Assembly (NCBI GenBank): GCA_964461715.1
Contig: CAYWVR010000011.1
Span: 11,289 to 75,288 of the forward strand
DNA length: 64,000 bases
DNA from: an uncultured Anaerolineales bacterium
GTDB lineage: Bacteria > Planctomycetota > Phycisphaerae > FEN-1346
Reading direction: 5' to 3'
Under the pieces are notes generated by a model. That model saw only the letters and a program-made list of their open reading frames with translations, had not been told where the DNA came from and did not search any database. The position numbers were made by a program, and so were the translations under genes. This document shows, one piece after another, positions 63,590 through 64,000 of this stretch (positions within the stretch are counted from its first letter, which is position 1; the number at the start of each line of letters is the position of its first letter).

Positions 63590-64000
63590 TTATCGGCTCC
63601 CTGCGATCTGAATGTAGGTATCGCGAATGCTGATGTTGGCGATGCACGCCCGTTCGCACCGGCCGCACCCCACGCAGCCGACCTGGCCGGTCCGTTCGAG
63701 GATGAACTTGCCCTTGCGGAACATGCGGTGGCGGAGGCGGCTCCAGCGCTCCTCGCGGAAGTTCTCGCCCCCCGCGACCTCGGCGAACGGGTCGAGCTGG
63801 CACGAATCGTACCGCCGCACCCGCGTCCCGCCCGAGAGGTCGTCGGCGATCTCGTCGACCACGTCGAAGCAGTAGCACGTGGGGCAGGTCGTGTTGCACG
63901 AGCCGCACGAGAAGCAGCGGCGGGCGATGGCCTCCCACACGAGGCTGTCGTAGGAGGCGTCCAGCACCTCCGGCAGGTACTTGAGCTCGAAGGGCAGCTT
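63590..64000 (-). CDS. hydrogenase beta subunit (4Fe-4S protein; anaerobic sulfite reductase subunit A-like), 3' part, 5' end outside window
   Basis: CFSCGSCNTTCPTCYCF and CVGCGRCERAC ferredoxin-type motifs. The reading frame stays open to the window edge (KLPFELKYLPEVLDASYD...). Confidence 0.8.
   Translation of the reverse strand, partial: KLPFELKYLPEVLDASYDSLVWEAIARRCFSCGSCNTTCPTCYCFDVVDEIADDLSGGTRVRRYDSCQLDPFAEVAGGENFREERWSRLRHRMFRKGKFILERTGQVGCVGCGRCERACIANISIRDTYIQIAGSR

Overview
This 64-kb window is dense, high-GC bacterial chromosomal sequence with coding on both strands. By eye it is about two-thirds G+C with strong GC3 bias. Gene content (many Ser/Thr kinases, lipoproteins, HEAT/TPR proteins, DUF1328) suggests a Planctomycetota-like or similar high-GC lineage, but this is not proven.

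The six-frame ORF track is dominated by high-GC artefacts: long antisense or out-of-frame ORFs with Arg/Gly/Pro-rich translations. I kept only ORFs whose translation shows a recognisable fold or family motif, a signal peptide, or a credible start with a Shine-Dalgarno-like element. Many starts were reassigned to internal ATG/GTG/TTG codons.

Housekeeping genes I am confident of:
- deoC (partial), a family-4 uracil-DNA glycosylase, class II fba, hisB-hisC-hisD, ndk, cysK
- nifU, nifS, cstA, rpmE, dxr, rseP, hypE
- a group-3b-type [NiFe] hydrogenase operon (beta-gamma-delta-alpha; beta runs off the window end)

Accessory or unusual content:
- two tandem paralogous lipoproteins followed by three tandem paralogous secreted ~450-aa proteins (1.4-8.6 kb)
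- a sugar/polyol-type catabolic cluster built around a DhnA/LsrF-family class I aldolase and a PfkB kinase (18.1-23.4 kb)
- a full-length XylR-like regulator next to a paralog that lacks the DNA-binding domain
- two Ser/Thr kinases flanking an NfeD-flotillin pair
- a phage-derived island (47.8-53.9 kb) with terminase large subunit, ParB-like protein, HTH protein, GNAT-like protein, standalone ABC-type ATPase, ASCH protein, a duplicated sigma-region-4 HTH protein and a CI/LexA-like repressor
- an ~890-bp non-coding, G-rich tract upstream of an rpmE gene that carries a long Lys/Ala-rich tail

No rRNA, tRNA or CRISPR array was found by eye.
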